Origin: Bacteroidota bacterium
Lineage (GTDB): Bacteria; Bacteroidota; Bacteroidia; AKYH767-A; 2013-40CM-41-45
NCBI GenBank assembly: GCA_043747595.1
Contig: JAYTOX010000065.1
Span: forward strand, 4,679-68,678
Reading direction: 5' to 3'
Length of the DNA stretch: 64,000 nt
Part shown: in pieces, positions 31,521-41,316 of the stretch
Layout of the letters: the number at the start of each line of letters is the position of its first letter
Position numbering within the stretch: position 1 is the stretch's first letter
Notes under the pieces: model-generated
Seen by the model: only the letters and a program-made list of their open reading frames with translations
What the model was told of the DNA's origin: nothing
The model's database searches: none
Translations under genes and position numbers: made by a program

Positions 31521-32990
31521 ATGAAAAAAATATCTCATTCACTTATTGCACTTTTCTGTTTACTCTTCATTTCTGAAGCGAGTAAAGCACAAACCGATGC
31601 TGATGCGTTTCGTTATTCCGGAACTAATATAACAGGGAGCGCACGTTTCACAGCTATGTCGGGTGCGTTTGGATCGTTAGGTGCCGAATTCTCCGGCTTA
31701 TCCGTTAACCCGGCCGGTATCGGACTTTATCGCCGATCGGAAATTACTTTTACTCCTTCTGTTTATGCAGGAGCCACTTCATCGACGTTTCAAGGCAATA
31801 CAAGCGACGAGTCAAAGTTCAATTTCAATTTCGGTAATGCCGGATTGGTTTTTACAAATATCATAAGCAAAGACGATACACAGAAAGGATGGAAAAGTTG
31901 GAATTTTGCATTTGGTTATAATCGCCTCGACAATTACCACAATAGAAGCAGTTATGAAGGAAAGAATGCGAATAATTCACTGCTAGATTATTTTGCTCAA
32001 ACAGCCGGCAATACTAACTACTCAGACTTAGATAATTTTTATGAGTACCAAGCTTACGCAGCATTCTTAATAAACCCTGATAATCCTGTTACCCAATATA
32101 TTCCAGCTATTACTGAATATGGTGAAACGCAACGCAGGAATGTTGAAAGACGTGGCGCAAAAGGAGAAACATTATTTTCATTCGGTGGAAATTATAGCAA
32201 TAAATTATATTTAGGTGCAACACTTGGGTTTGAATCAATTCGTTATTCGGAAGAAGCCGCTTACGAAGAAATTACAGCAACGCATGTTTACGATACACTT
32301 CAGAGTTATAAATTCAACCAAAATTTAACAACAGATGGAAATGGAATTAATTTAAAGTTCGGTTTTATCTATAAAGTCAACGATCTATTTCGTTTTGGTT
32401 TTGCAGTTCATACTCCAAGTTGGTACACGATGCATGATGAATACAAAACGATTGTCAGCAGTAAATTCACTACCGGTCAAAAATATTCTTCAGAATCGAA
32501 AGACGGCAGTTTTGATTATGACATGACTACACCATTCAAAGCAGTAGGAAGCTTAGGTTTTGTATTTGGAAAAAATGGAGTACTAGGTGTCGATTACGAA
32601 TTGACAGATTATGGTACAGCACGATTTAGTTCATCCAACTCTTCATTTTTCGAAACAAATAAATTGATTGAAAATAAGTATACTGCGATGCATACATTGA
32701 AAGTTGGAACTGAATGGAGACTTGACAATATAAGTTTACGAGGCGGCGTAGCTTACTCCAGCTCTCCTCTTCAAAGTAAATACTCTTCTGCTAATTCTGA
32801 CTATAGTAAAATCGGATATTCAGCAGGATTAGGAATTCGCGACGAAGACTTTTTTATTGACTTTGGGTATTTGTTTAATCAAAGCAATCAATATTATCAG
32901 CCTTACGCATTAGCAACATCCGACGTTCCCGGTGTAAAGCAAAATGTATCAACGCATAATTTCACGATTACCTTCGGAATAAAATTTTAA
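31521..32990 (+). CDS. outer-membrane beta-barrel protein, FadL/PorV-like family
   Basis: Signal peptide. An N-terminal 'NPAG' hatch-like motif (GLSVNPAGIGLY). Beta-strand periodicity. C-terminus 'FTITFGIKF'. Confidence 0.5.
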   Translation: MKKISHSLIALFCLLFISEASKAQTDADAFRYSGTNITGSARFTAMSGAFGSLGAEFSGLSVNPAGIGLYRRSEITFTPSVYAGATSSTFQGNTSDESKFNFNFGNAGLVFTNIISKDDTQKGWKSWNFAFGYNRLDNYHNRSSYEGKNANNSLLDYFAQTAGNTNYSDLDNFYEYQAYAAFLINPDNPVTQYIPAITEYGETQRRNVERRGAKGETLFSFGGNYSNKLYLGATLGFESIRYSEEAAYEEITATHVYDTLQSYKFNQNLTTDGNGINLKFGFIYKVNDLFRFGFAVHTPSWYTMHDEYKTIVSSKFTTGQKYSSESKDGSFDYDMTTPFKAVGSLGFVFGKNGVLGVDYELTDYGTARFSSSNSSFFETNKLIENKYTAMHTLKVGTEWRLDNISLRGGVAYSSSPLQSKYSSANSDYSKIGYSAGLGIRDEDFFIDFGYLFNQSNQYYQPYALATSDVPGVKQNVSTHNFTITFGIKF

Positions 32991-33033
32991 ACGATTCTTT
33001 GGTTCAACAAAAAAGAGTAAGGTCAAATCGGCC

Positions 33034-34557
33034 TTACTCTTTTTCTTTTAATAGCTTTAACCGATCTAATCCGGCTTGCGCTTTTTGATCGATGCTATTC
33101 TGGTATTCATGAGAATTCATAGATAGGCATTTTTTGAAATAATATTCTGCTTTTCCAAGTTCACTTCTATTTTCATAAATATCTCCAAGTATTAATGAGC
33201 TGTTAGCTGCATAATAAAAGGTAGCAGAAGCTCCGTTTTTAATTGTCTGTTCGAAGAGAGAAACAGCCTTTTCTGTTTGACCTACCTTTTCATAAATTCT
33301 TGCTAGTCTATAAGTGACTTCCAATTGATCACGATAAAACGGGAAATGATCGATTGACTTTCCTATGAGTTCTGCTTGCGCTTTCTCAAAATATCCTCCG
33401 TCGAATAACAATCGCGCACGTAATAAAATCTTATTAATCACCGTTCCACTTGAAGCCTCTTTCATGGCTTCCTTATCTTCATCGATAAACGATGTTCCGC
33501 TATTACGACAATTTAATAGTGATTTTTGATAATTCGTCGTATCACCCGTCAGACAACTTAACCAAGAAATTTTCTGATAGCACGATTTTATATAATTCTT
33601 GCCTTTGAATGTTTTGAGAAAAAAATCAAAATCAGCTTCAGCATGGAAATCGAGTTTGCGCAATTTACACAATCCCAACTTGTAATAGAGAAAATAAAAA
33701 GGGAACTTATTTGTAAAATCGAGTGAGTTTGAAAGATACTTGATCGCTTCATCGTTTCTATCAAGCTTAATAAAAATAGAAGCCGCGCAATAGTTCATTA
33801 ATGGGCTCGACGAATAATAATTCTGAAGCATTTCCAAACAAGAAATTAATGCTGTGTCTTTATAATTAAAAATCGTATAAATATTTGACAAGTAGAAAAC
33901 GATTTCCTCTTGATAACATTCAAAATTTGTTTTGTTTATTTCAGCAAACAAAGTTACTAGTTCTTGTGTACCAGTTGCCATAGAACCTTCCATGCCTGCA
34001 ATCTCTACCAACCAATGATATTCACGAGGCACCGAACCTATAATCACATGGAGTAGCCCTAAAAGTTTATTGTTGAGAGGGAATTCAGGAAATGCTATTT
34101 TGTTTTTTTCAATGAGTCGATATGCTTTCCTTATTTCATTGGCCGCTGAAATATATTCTCTAAATTTTACTTTTACAATTGCTTCCTGAATCATTACTTC
34201 TGCTTTGGCATACGAATGCCATGGCGACGAAAAATTTTCTTGTCTTTCGTCCAATTTTTTTAGAGTGTAATTCGAGTTTTTTTTAAATGCATCAAAATAA
34301 ACTTGCTCTTCAGAAATAAATGCTTTCATAAAAAAAATATTATTCGCATAAAGAACGGCGAGGTCATTCCCGGGCTTCTCTAAATTCTCACGCTTCAAAA
34401 GTTGCTCAGCATGATCTAAATCAAGGCTGAGTGTACTAATGTAAACTGACTTTAAAGAAGGGTCTAACTCATAATAGGCGCATGCCCAAGAGCTGATAAA
34501 CGTCAAAATAATTATGAGTGATAAACGCAACATTCGAAAAAAAATAAGTTGACACAA
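33034..34557 (-). CDS. TPR-repeat protein (secreted/periplasmic)
   Basis: N-terminal hydrophobic leader, with multiple TPR-like helical hairpins toward the C-terminus. Confidence 0.45.
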   Translation of the reverse strand: MCQLIFFRMLRLSLIIILTFISSWACAYYELDPSLKSVYISTLSLDLDHAEQLLKRENLEKPGNDLAVLYANNIFFMKAFISEEQVYFDAFKKNSNYTLKKLDERQENFSSPWHSYAKAEVMIQEAIVKVKFREYISAANEIRKAYRLIEKNKIAFPEFPLNNKLLGLLHVIIGSVPREYHWLVEIAGMEGSMATGTQELVTLFAEINKTNFECYQEEIVFYLSNIYTIFNYKDTALISCLEMLQNYYSSSPLMNYCAASIFIKLDRNDEAIKYLSNSLDFTNKFPFYFLYYKLGLCKLRKLDFHAEADFDFFLKTFKGKNYIKSCYQKISWLSCLTGDTTNYQKSLLNCRNSGTSFIDEDKEAMKEASSGTVINKILLRARLLFDGGYFEKAQAELIGKSIDHFPFYRDQLEVTYRLARIYEKVGQTEKAVSLFEQTIKNGASATFYYAANSSLILGDIYENRSELGKAEYYFKKCLSMNSHEYQNSIDQKAQAGLDRLKLLKEKE

Positions 34558-34632
34558 AGTAAAAAATATAAATCATAAAAAATGGGATCACAACAAATGT
34601 GATCCCATTAATATATTCGTTGAACGTCTTAA

Positions 34633-35523
34633 TTATTCTGCATCTGCCGCGGCTACTTCCTCGTCTGCGATCTTTGGATCGACAAGGATTCTTCCGCAAT
34701 GCTCACAAACGATTACTTTTTTGTGCTGACGAATGTCTAGCTGACGTTGAGGTGGAATTTTATTAAAACAACCACCACATGCATCACGTTGAATTGCAAC
34801 AACTCCGAAACCATTACGAGAATTATTGCGAACACGTGTATATGCTGTCAATAGCCTTTCGTCGATAATTGTTCTTGCCTTTACTGCAATTTTCACCAAA
34901 TGATCTTCTTCTTTTTGAGTTTCTTCTACAATCGTTGCAAGTTCTGCTTGCTTCAATTTAAGAACAGATTCGCGATCGTTTAGAATATTCTGAGTTTCTT
35001 CTAAAATTGTATTCTTGTTGGTAACTTCAAAAGCAAATTCTTTCGATCGTTTTTCAGATAATTGAATTTCTAAATTTTGAAACTCAATTTCCTTATTCAA
35101 AGAATCAAATTCGCGATTGTTTTTCACTTTGTCTTGCTGGCCTTCGTATTTTTTAATCTGCTCTTTGGCATCTTTGGCAGCCTGCTTTTTTTTGTTTACC
35201 GAATCTTCTAACGCTGCAATTTCGGTATTGATATTTGTGATGCGCGTATTCAATCCTACGATCTCATCTTCTAGATCAGCAACCTCCATTGGAAGCTCAC
35301 CACGAATAGTACGGATCTTATCGATATTAGAATCGATTTCCTGGAGTACATACAATGCTTTTAATCGTTCCTCAACAGAAAATTCTGTATGATCCATTGC
35401 CATAATTTCTTCCAACTTTTTCTCCAGTCGGTTTACATCTATGATCTTTTCAACCTTACGAGGTTTGAATGCAACTTGCTCTTTAGTTTTAATTTTCGCT
35501 TTGGCAATTTTTGATAAGCTCAC
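34633..35523 (-). CDS. coiled-coil protein with C-terminal C4 zinc ribbon (COG1579-type)
   Basis: Long heptad-rich region, then 'CGGC...CEHCGR'. It lies next to Nif3, as in many bacteria. Confidence 0.7.
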   Translation of the reverse strand: MSLSKIAKAKIKTKEQVAFKPRKVEKIIDVNRLEKKLEEIMAMDHTEFSVEERLKALYVLQEIDSNIDKIRTIRGELPMEVADLEDEIVGLNTRITNINTEIAALEDSVNKKKQAAKDAKEQIKKYEGQQDKVKNNREFDSLNKEIEFQNLEIQLSEKRSKEFAFEVTNKNTILEETQNILNDRESVLKLKQAELATIVEETQKEEDHLVKIAVKARTIIDERLLTAYTRVRNNSRNGFGVVAIQRDACGGCFNKIPPQRQLDIRQHKKVIVCEHCGRILVDPKIADEEVAAADAE

Positions 35524-35599
35524 GTTGTTTTGTTTTGAGTTATTGTTTTCCGAAAATAATTCGGGTCAATCAATCTTCATTTAATAAAATGTACACCAA

Positions 35600-36697
35600 T
35601 CATAAATAATTTACCGGATTAGTATTCACCTCAGTTAAACGGACGGCAAATTTAGAAAATTTTTTCAGAATTAACGACTTAAACAAGTCCATTGTGTACT
35701 GTTCGCTTTCAAAATGTCCGATATCTGCAATAACTAACTTGTCTTCAGCATCAAAAAACTGATGATATTTGAAATCTGCTGTTATAAATACTTGAGCACC
35801 AGCCTTTTTTGCTTCATTAAGCAAAAAACTTCCAGACCCACCACAGATTGCTACTTTTCTAACTTTTTGACCAACAAAGCGAGTAAATCGCATAGACTCT
35901 ACCTTCATTCCCTTTTTGACATGGTCTAAAAAGGCTTTTTCCTCCATTTCATTGGTCAACTCGGCCAACATTCCACTTCCAATATTTTGATGATAATTTT
36001 CTAGCGGAATAAGATCATATGCCACTTCTTCATACGGATGGCTTTTGAAAAGTGCTGCTAAAATTTTGTTCTGCAAATGAGACTCAACAATTACCTCCAC
36101 TTTAGTTTCTTCGGCAAAAGAAGTAATTCCTTCCTCACCAGTAAATGGCTTTGTTCCTTGGCCCGGCCTAAAGGTTCCGGTTCCATCGGTGTTAAAGCTG
36201 CACTCATCGTACTTGCCGATGCTACCTGCACCAGCTTCAAATAATGCTTGCCTTACCTTCGATGCGTGATCGAACGGACAAAACACAATGAGCTTTTTAA
36301 GCAACTGTTTTTTGGGAGCTAAGATTTTTGCATTCACTAGTCCTAATTTATCGGCTATCATTTTGTTTACACCATCGGCTATATTATCCATATTGGTATG
36401 TGCAGCATAAATAGCGATGTCGTTTTTGATAGCAGACATGATAGTTCGCTCAACATAATTACTTCCTGTAAATTTTTTCAATCCAGAAAAAACAATTGGA
36501 TGATGTGCAATAATCAAATTAAATCCGTTTTGGATTGCTTCCTTAACAACATCTTCAGTACTATCCAAACAAATAATAACACCGGTAATCTCTTTCTCAC
36601 AATCCCCAACTATAAGTCCGGAGTTGTCATAACTTTCTTGTAACGTGAGCGGCGCAATTGCTTCTAAATATTGAACTACTTCTTTGATCTTTGTCAT
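35600..36697 (-). CDS. Nif3-like dinuclear metal center protein (GTP cyclohydrolase 1 type 2 homolog)
   Basis: 365 aa. Conserved His clusters (IIAHHP, AHTNMD) and a typical two-half architecture. Confidence 0.75.
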   Translation of the reverse strand: MTKIKEVVQYLEAIAPLTLQESYDNSGLIVGDCEKEITGVIICLDSTEDVVKEAIQNGFNLIIAHHPIVFSGLKKFTGSNYVERTIMSAIKNDIAIYAAHTNMDNIADGVNKMIADKLGLVNAKILAPKKQLLKKLIVFCPFDHASKVRQALFEAGAGSIGKYDECSFNTDGTGTFRPGQGTKPFTGEEGITSFAEETKVEVIVESHLQNKILAALFKSHPYEEVAYDLIPLENYHQNIGSGMLAELTNEMEEKAFLDHVKKGMKVESMRFTRFVGQKVRKVAICGGSGSFLLNEAKKAGAQVFITADFKYHQFFDAEDKLVIADIGHFESEQYTMDLFKSLILKKFSKFAVRLTEVNTNPVNYL

Positions 36698-36928
36698 ACA
36701 TGAATTTCAATCTTCAATACTACAAAAAAGTAACGACGTTGAATAGCGTATTTCAAAACAATTTCTTTTTTCAGACTCACGCCTGTTCGTTGTTTATTCA
36801 TTTATAACTTCATAACGAAACTACCTTCTTCGACTTAAACCCAACAAGAAACTAAAAGAGCATACATAATTCAGCACTAGGAACAGATTTTACCGCTGTG
36901 GTTAACCGTTTTTTTGTAATTTGCCACG

Positions 36929-38008
36929 GTGCAAAATTGGCGAAAACTTTTACTACCCTTTTCCCCGCTCTACAACATTGTTGTTAGAGTAAGGAATGTC
37001 TTATTCGATAAAGAAATTATTAAATCGAATGAATATGACGTTCCAATTATTTCTGTCGGGAACCTAACCACAGGAGGAACCGGAAAAACTCCTCACATTG
37101 AATATCTCATAAGGTTATTAAAACACAACTACAAAGTTGCAACAATTAGTCGAGGCTATGGCCGAAAAACAAAAGGTTATCTTTTAGCTAAAAAAGAATT
37201 TACTACGAATGAGATTGGCGATGAGCCGATGCAGTATCTCAGCAAATTTGACAACATCATTGTGACTGTTGCTGAAAAAAGAACTGAAGCAATTGATCAA
37301 TTGATGCAGGCGCTCCATCGCCCACAAGTAATCCTTTTGGATGACGCCTTCCAACACCGTTATGTGAGAGCCGGATTAAATATTTTACTTTTAGAATACG
37401 ATACTATTTTTAAAAAAGATTACGTTTTGCCGGGAGGAAATTTACGCGAACCGTTATCGTCGAAAAAAAGAGGGGATGTTATTATCATTTCTAAATCGCC
37501 GGCAATTTTAGTTCCGATAGAAAAAAAACGGATACTAGAAGAAATAAAACCGGAAACGAATCAAACAGTATTTTTCTCGTTTCTAAAATATGGTGAATTC
37601 AATAAAGTATTTGGTCCACCGTCTCCAATGCAGATGGGTGCTAGTTACTACATGGAAAAGCGTTTTACGATTTTACTTGTAACAGGAATTGCAAATCCGT
37701 CAGGGATGATTGAATATTTAAGACGATTAACCGACAAGCTAGAAATATTGACTTTCCCCGACCATCATGAATTTGATGCGAAAGACATTGAGAAAATATC
37801 GGCGACATTTAATAATATCGCCAACCAAAGTAAGATTATTGTGACTACCGAAAAAGATGCGATGCGATTGAGAAATCCCAATCTGGATCCTGCTATACAA
37901 AAACTTCCCTTTTTCTTTCTTCCTATTCAAGTACACATTCATCAAGAAGAAGAAAAGTTTAACCAACTGATTCAAGAATATGTTAGAAAAAATCAAAGAA
38001 ACAACTGA
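36929..38008 (+). CDS. lpxK: tetraacyldisaccharide 4'-kinase
   Basis: P-loop 'VGNLTTGGTGKTP'. Confidence 0.85.
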   Translation: MQNWRKLLLPFSPLYNIVVRVRNVLFDKEIIKSNEYDVPIISVGNLTTGGTGKTPHIEYLIRLLKHNYKVATISRGYGRKTKGYLLAKKEFTTNEIGDEPMQYLSKFDNIIVTVAEKRTEAIDQLMQALHRPQVILLDDAFQHRYVRAGLNILLLEYDTIFKKDYVLPGGNLREPLSSKKRGDVIIISKSPAILVPIEKKRILEEIKPETNQTVFFSFLKYGEFNKVFGPPSPMQMGASYYMEKRFTILLVTGIANPSGMIEYLRRLTDKLEILTFPDHHEFDAKDIEKISATFNNIANQSKIIVTTEKDAMRLRNPNLDPAIQKLPFFFLPIQVHIHQEEEKFNQLIQEYVRKNQRNN

Positions 38009-38792
38009 TTTCGTTTTATTAAAAACAAAATTTTCTCCTGAGTTTGGAATTGTTTTAGGCAGCGGGCTTGGTGGACTTGTAAATGAAATACAAGTTGAAC
38101 ACTCAATTGATTATACTGAAATCCCCAACTTTCCTATTGCCACGGTGAAAGGTCATGGCGGGAAACTAATTTTCGGAAAACTCGGAGGCAAAAATGTTGT
38201 TGCTCTTCAAGGTCGATTTCATTTCTATGAAGGATACACGATGCAAGAAACTACTTTCCCTATAAGAGTGATGATTGCACTTGGAATAAAGAAATTAATT
38301 TTGAGTAATGCCAGCGGAGGTATGAACCCTAATTACCAAATTGGAGACATTGTTATTATCAATGATCATATTAATCTTCTTCCATCTAATCCGCTTATTG
38401 GGAAAAACTATGACGAACTAGGTCCAAGGTTTCCCGACATGAGTGAGCCGTATGACCCGACTATGATTGCCACTGCAAAATCTATTGCCGATGAACTTGG
38501 TTATCGTTCGCACGTTGGTGTATATACTGCGGTGAGTGGACCTTGCTTTGAAACACCGGCAGAGTATCGTTACCTGCGAGCAATTGGAGCCGACATTGTT
38601 GGTATGTCGACAATTCCTGAGGTGATTGTAGGACGACATGCGAATATACCATGCTTTGCAATTTCTATTGTTACCGATCTTGGAGGATTTGCTGTTGCAC
38701 AAAAAGTGACTCACGAAGAAGTGTTGCACGTAGCAGTTTCAGCAGAGAAAAAAATGACTGCAATAATAAAAGTACTAATAGCTAAAAGTTAG
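37980..38792 (+). CDS. purine nucleoside phosphorylase (PNP family 1, PunA-type)
   Basis: 270 aa, with 'GSGLG', 'HGGKL' and 'SNASGG' segments. Confidence 0.75.
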   Translation: MLEKIKETTDFVLLKTKFSPEFGIVLGSGLGGLVNEIQVEHSIDYTEIPNFPIATVKGHGGKLIFGKLGGKNVVALQGRFHFYEGYTMQETTFPIRVMIALGIKKLILSNASGGMNPNYQIGDIVIINDHINLLPSNPLIGKNYDELGPRFPDMSEPYDPTMIATAKSIADELGYRSHVGVYTAVSGPCFETPAEYRYLRAIGADIVGMSTIPEVIVGRHANIPCFAISIVTDLGGFAVAQKVTHEEVLHVAVSAEKKMTAIIKVLIAKS

Positions 38793-38798
38793 AATAAA

Positions 38799-40193
38799 AT
38801 GAAATCACTTTACACATTTGCACTAATAATGACTATGAGCATAGCTGCTCAATCGCAATTCAGCCATCAAAATATTTCGTTGCTTGGTCAGTTCAATGAT
38901 TCAACCGTTGTTGCCGAACCTGTTTATGGAATTCGCTATCAATCATGCTGGGGTTGGGTGAATCCTGTTGATCAAAAAGAATACGCAATTATTGGATCGA
39001 CAGCCGGCACATATATTATTGATGTTTCAATACCAACATCACCAACTCAAATCAATTATATCCCACACCGTCAATCAGACTGCATTTGGCATGAATACAA
39101 AACCTTTGGCAACTACTTATACATTATCAGCGATGATGCAGGAAATAATAGTTTACAAATTGTTGATATGAGTACCTTGCCTACTACTGCAACAGTAATC
39201 TACGACAGCAACTCAATATTTACACATGCCCATGCGCTTTATGTAGATGGAAATAAATTGTACATTTCTTCGGTGAATGCCAGCGGAAATTACTCGAGTA
39301 TGAATGTTTATTCATTGAATGACCCAACAGTTCCTACTTTGTTGCGCAGGCTCGACAGTGATTTCCCATCAATTAATTCAGTACATGACATGTATGTGGT
39401 GAATGATACGGTCTATGCAAGTTGTGGCAATTCCGGCTTGTACATTTTTCACTTTGACAGTGTAGCAAATCATTTTGTGCTTCTTGGCTCGTTAACTAAT
39501 TTTCCTACGACACGATATAATCACAGTAGTTTTTTATCGCCCGATCACGGATATTTATATATGTGCGATGAAGTTCCGTCAGGAATGCCATTCAGTGTTG
39601 TTGACGTTCATGACATTTCAAATCCCACTGTTATTGGCACTTACAATACAAATATTGGAGCCACACCTCACAACCCATACGTGAAAGACAATTTACTTTA
39701 TGTAGCCGCTTATCAAGATGGCCTATATGTCTATGACATTTCGGATCCTGTTACACCACTATTGTCAGGATACTTTGACACTCACCCACAGAATCCTGTA
39801 GGAACGTATCCTTCTCCTGCCTATGCCGGTTGTTGGGCAGCATATACCGATTTACCAAGCGGAATTATTCTCGCAAGCGATATGCAATTAGGTTTATTTA
39901 TTCTTGATGTTTCTATAATTACATCAGCAATAACTACCATAGCAAACAACGACAATAAATTTATAATTTACCCGAATCCCTCCAATGACAAATTTTCTGT
40001 TCGAATAAAAAATGACAATGAAAATGGAATACTGACTTTATATGACCTGAAGGGAAGAATAATCATAAAGCAAAAATTTTGCAATCAAGCAGAACTGACT
40101 GTTGAAACAGGCATGTTAGAGAACGGAATTTACATACTTAACATTCAAACTGAAAAATTAAATTTAACTAATCGAATAAACATACTTCATTAA
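38799..40193 (+). CDS. LVIVD-repeat beta-propeller protein with T9SS type-A C-terminal sorting domain
   Basis: Repeated 'LY(V/I)..(D)..GL.I.D(V/I)S.P' units. C-terminal 'YPNPSNDKF...GIYILNIQT' is Por_Secre_tail-like. Confidence 0.7.
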   Translation: MKSLYTFALIMTMSIAAQSQFSHQNISLLGQFNDSTVVAEPVYGIRYQSCWGWVNPVDQKEYAIIGSTAGTYIIDVSIPTSPTQINYIPHRQSDCIWHEYKTFGNYLYIISDDAGNNSLQIVDMSTLPTTATVIYDSNSIFTHAHALYVDGNKLYISSVNASGNYSSMNVYSLNDPTVPTLLRRLDSDFPSINSVHDMYVVNDTVYASCGNSGLYIFHFDSVANHFVLLGSLTNFPTTRYNHSSFLSPDHGYLYMCDEVPSGMPFSVVDVHDISNPTVIGTYNTNIGATPHNPYVKDNLLYVAAYQDGLYVYDISDPVTPLLSGYFDTHPQNPVGTYPSPAYAGCWAAYTDLPSGIILASDMQLGLFILDVSIITSAITTIANNDNKFIIYPNPSNDKFSVRIKNDNENGILTLYDLKGRIIIKQKFCNQAELTVETGMLENGIYILNIQTEKLNLTNRINILH

Positions 40194-40195
40194 AA

Positions 40196-41299
40196 ATGAA
40201 AATAAAAAACCTCCTCAGTCTATTTGTTCTTTGTGCAATTATCTCCTCTTGTTCCAATCAGAATAAAAGCGGTTCAATTAAAGGAAAATTAAAAAACTTC
40301 AACAGCACTTTTGTTTATCTAGAAAAAATTGGCGAAAGCGGCGATGAAGTAATTGACTCGGTAAAAGTTAATGGAAAAGGTGAATTTGAACTTGCAAATC
40401 CGGCGAAGGAAATAGATTACTTTATATTAAAAGTTGACAGTTCCAATTCAGTTTTTCTTGTGTTACATCCCGGAGAAAAAGTAGAACTGACAGGCGATTC
40501 ACATAGTTTGGAAAATTCATATACTGTAAGTGGATCCAAAGATTCTGAATTGCTTCAGAAGCTTAGGTCGTACGATAGACTACTCGGCGACTCTTTAAAT
40601 ACCGTTTATGCATCGGTAAGAAATTCAGATCGCATACTTTCAGATTCAATTGGAATGGAGTTGCAAGGTTATTACACCCGAACGATGGAAGAGTTCAGCA
40701 AAAATTTGATCAAAGAAAATTTAACGAGCATCGTTTCACTTTCGGCTACGAAATTTTTAAATCAACAAGCCGAACTAGGATTGATGCAAGAGTTAGAAAA
40801 AAATCTCACCGAAATATTACCCAATAACAGGTATGTAAAAGATTTCAAATCGTTGATAGCAGGGTTATCGAAATTACCGGCAGGAAGTTTGGCGCCAGAA
40901 ATTTCACTGAACTCTCCCGAAGGAAAAACGATTAAACTTTCTTCATTAAAAGGGAAAATTGTACTTATTGATTTTTGGGCTAGTTGGTGCGCTCCATGTC
41001 GTAGAGAAAACCCAATGATTGTAGAAGCATACAATCAATTAAAGGGAAAAGATTTTGAAATATACGGAGTATCGTTAGACAATAATGTTGCAGCTTGGAA
41101 AAATGCAATTAATCAAGACAAGATAAGTTGGATACAGGTAAGCGATTTAAAGCGATGGGACAGCGAAGTTGCAAAAGCTTACCAGATTGAAGCGATTCCA
41201 ACAAACGTTCTGATAGACCGTGAAGGAAGAGTAATTGCCAAAGGAATAAGAGGCGAAGATCTCATTTCTAAAATATCGGCCGCAATAAAACAAAATTGA
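40196..41299 (+). CDS. TlpA/ResA-family thiol-disulfide oxidoreductase lipoprotein
   Basis: Lipobox ISSC. The C-terminal thioredoxin fold carries 'WASWCAPC'. Confidence 0.8.
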   Translation: MKIKNLLSLFVLCAIISSCSNQNKSGSIKGKLKNFNSTFVYLEKIGESGDEVIDSVKVNGKGEFELANPAKEIDYFILKVDSSNSVFLVLHPGEKVELTGDSHSLENSYTVSGSKDSELLQKLRSYDRLLGDSLNTVYASVRNSDRILSDSIGMELQGYYTRTMEEFSKNLIKENLTSIVSLSATKFLNQQAELGLMQELEKNLTEILPNNRYVKDFKSLIAGLSKLPAGSLAPEISLNSPEGKTIKLSSLKGKIVLIDFWASWCAPCRRENPMIVEAYNQLKGKDFEIYGVSLDNNVAAWKNAINQDKISWIQVSDLKRWDSEVAKAYQIEAIPTNVLIDREGRVIAKGIRGEDLISKISAAIKQN

Positions 41300-41316
41300 T
41301 TATTCGAAACTTGTAT

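Noticed and set aside
41296-41316. Alternative TTG starts in the ORF track (41296, 60367, 63951)
   Set aside because: All three are TTG codons rendered as M. Downstream ATGs (41317, 60385) give proper signal-peptide or paralog-aligned N-termini. At 63951 the frame simply remains open to the window edge.
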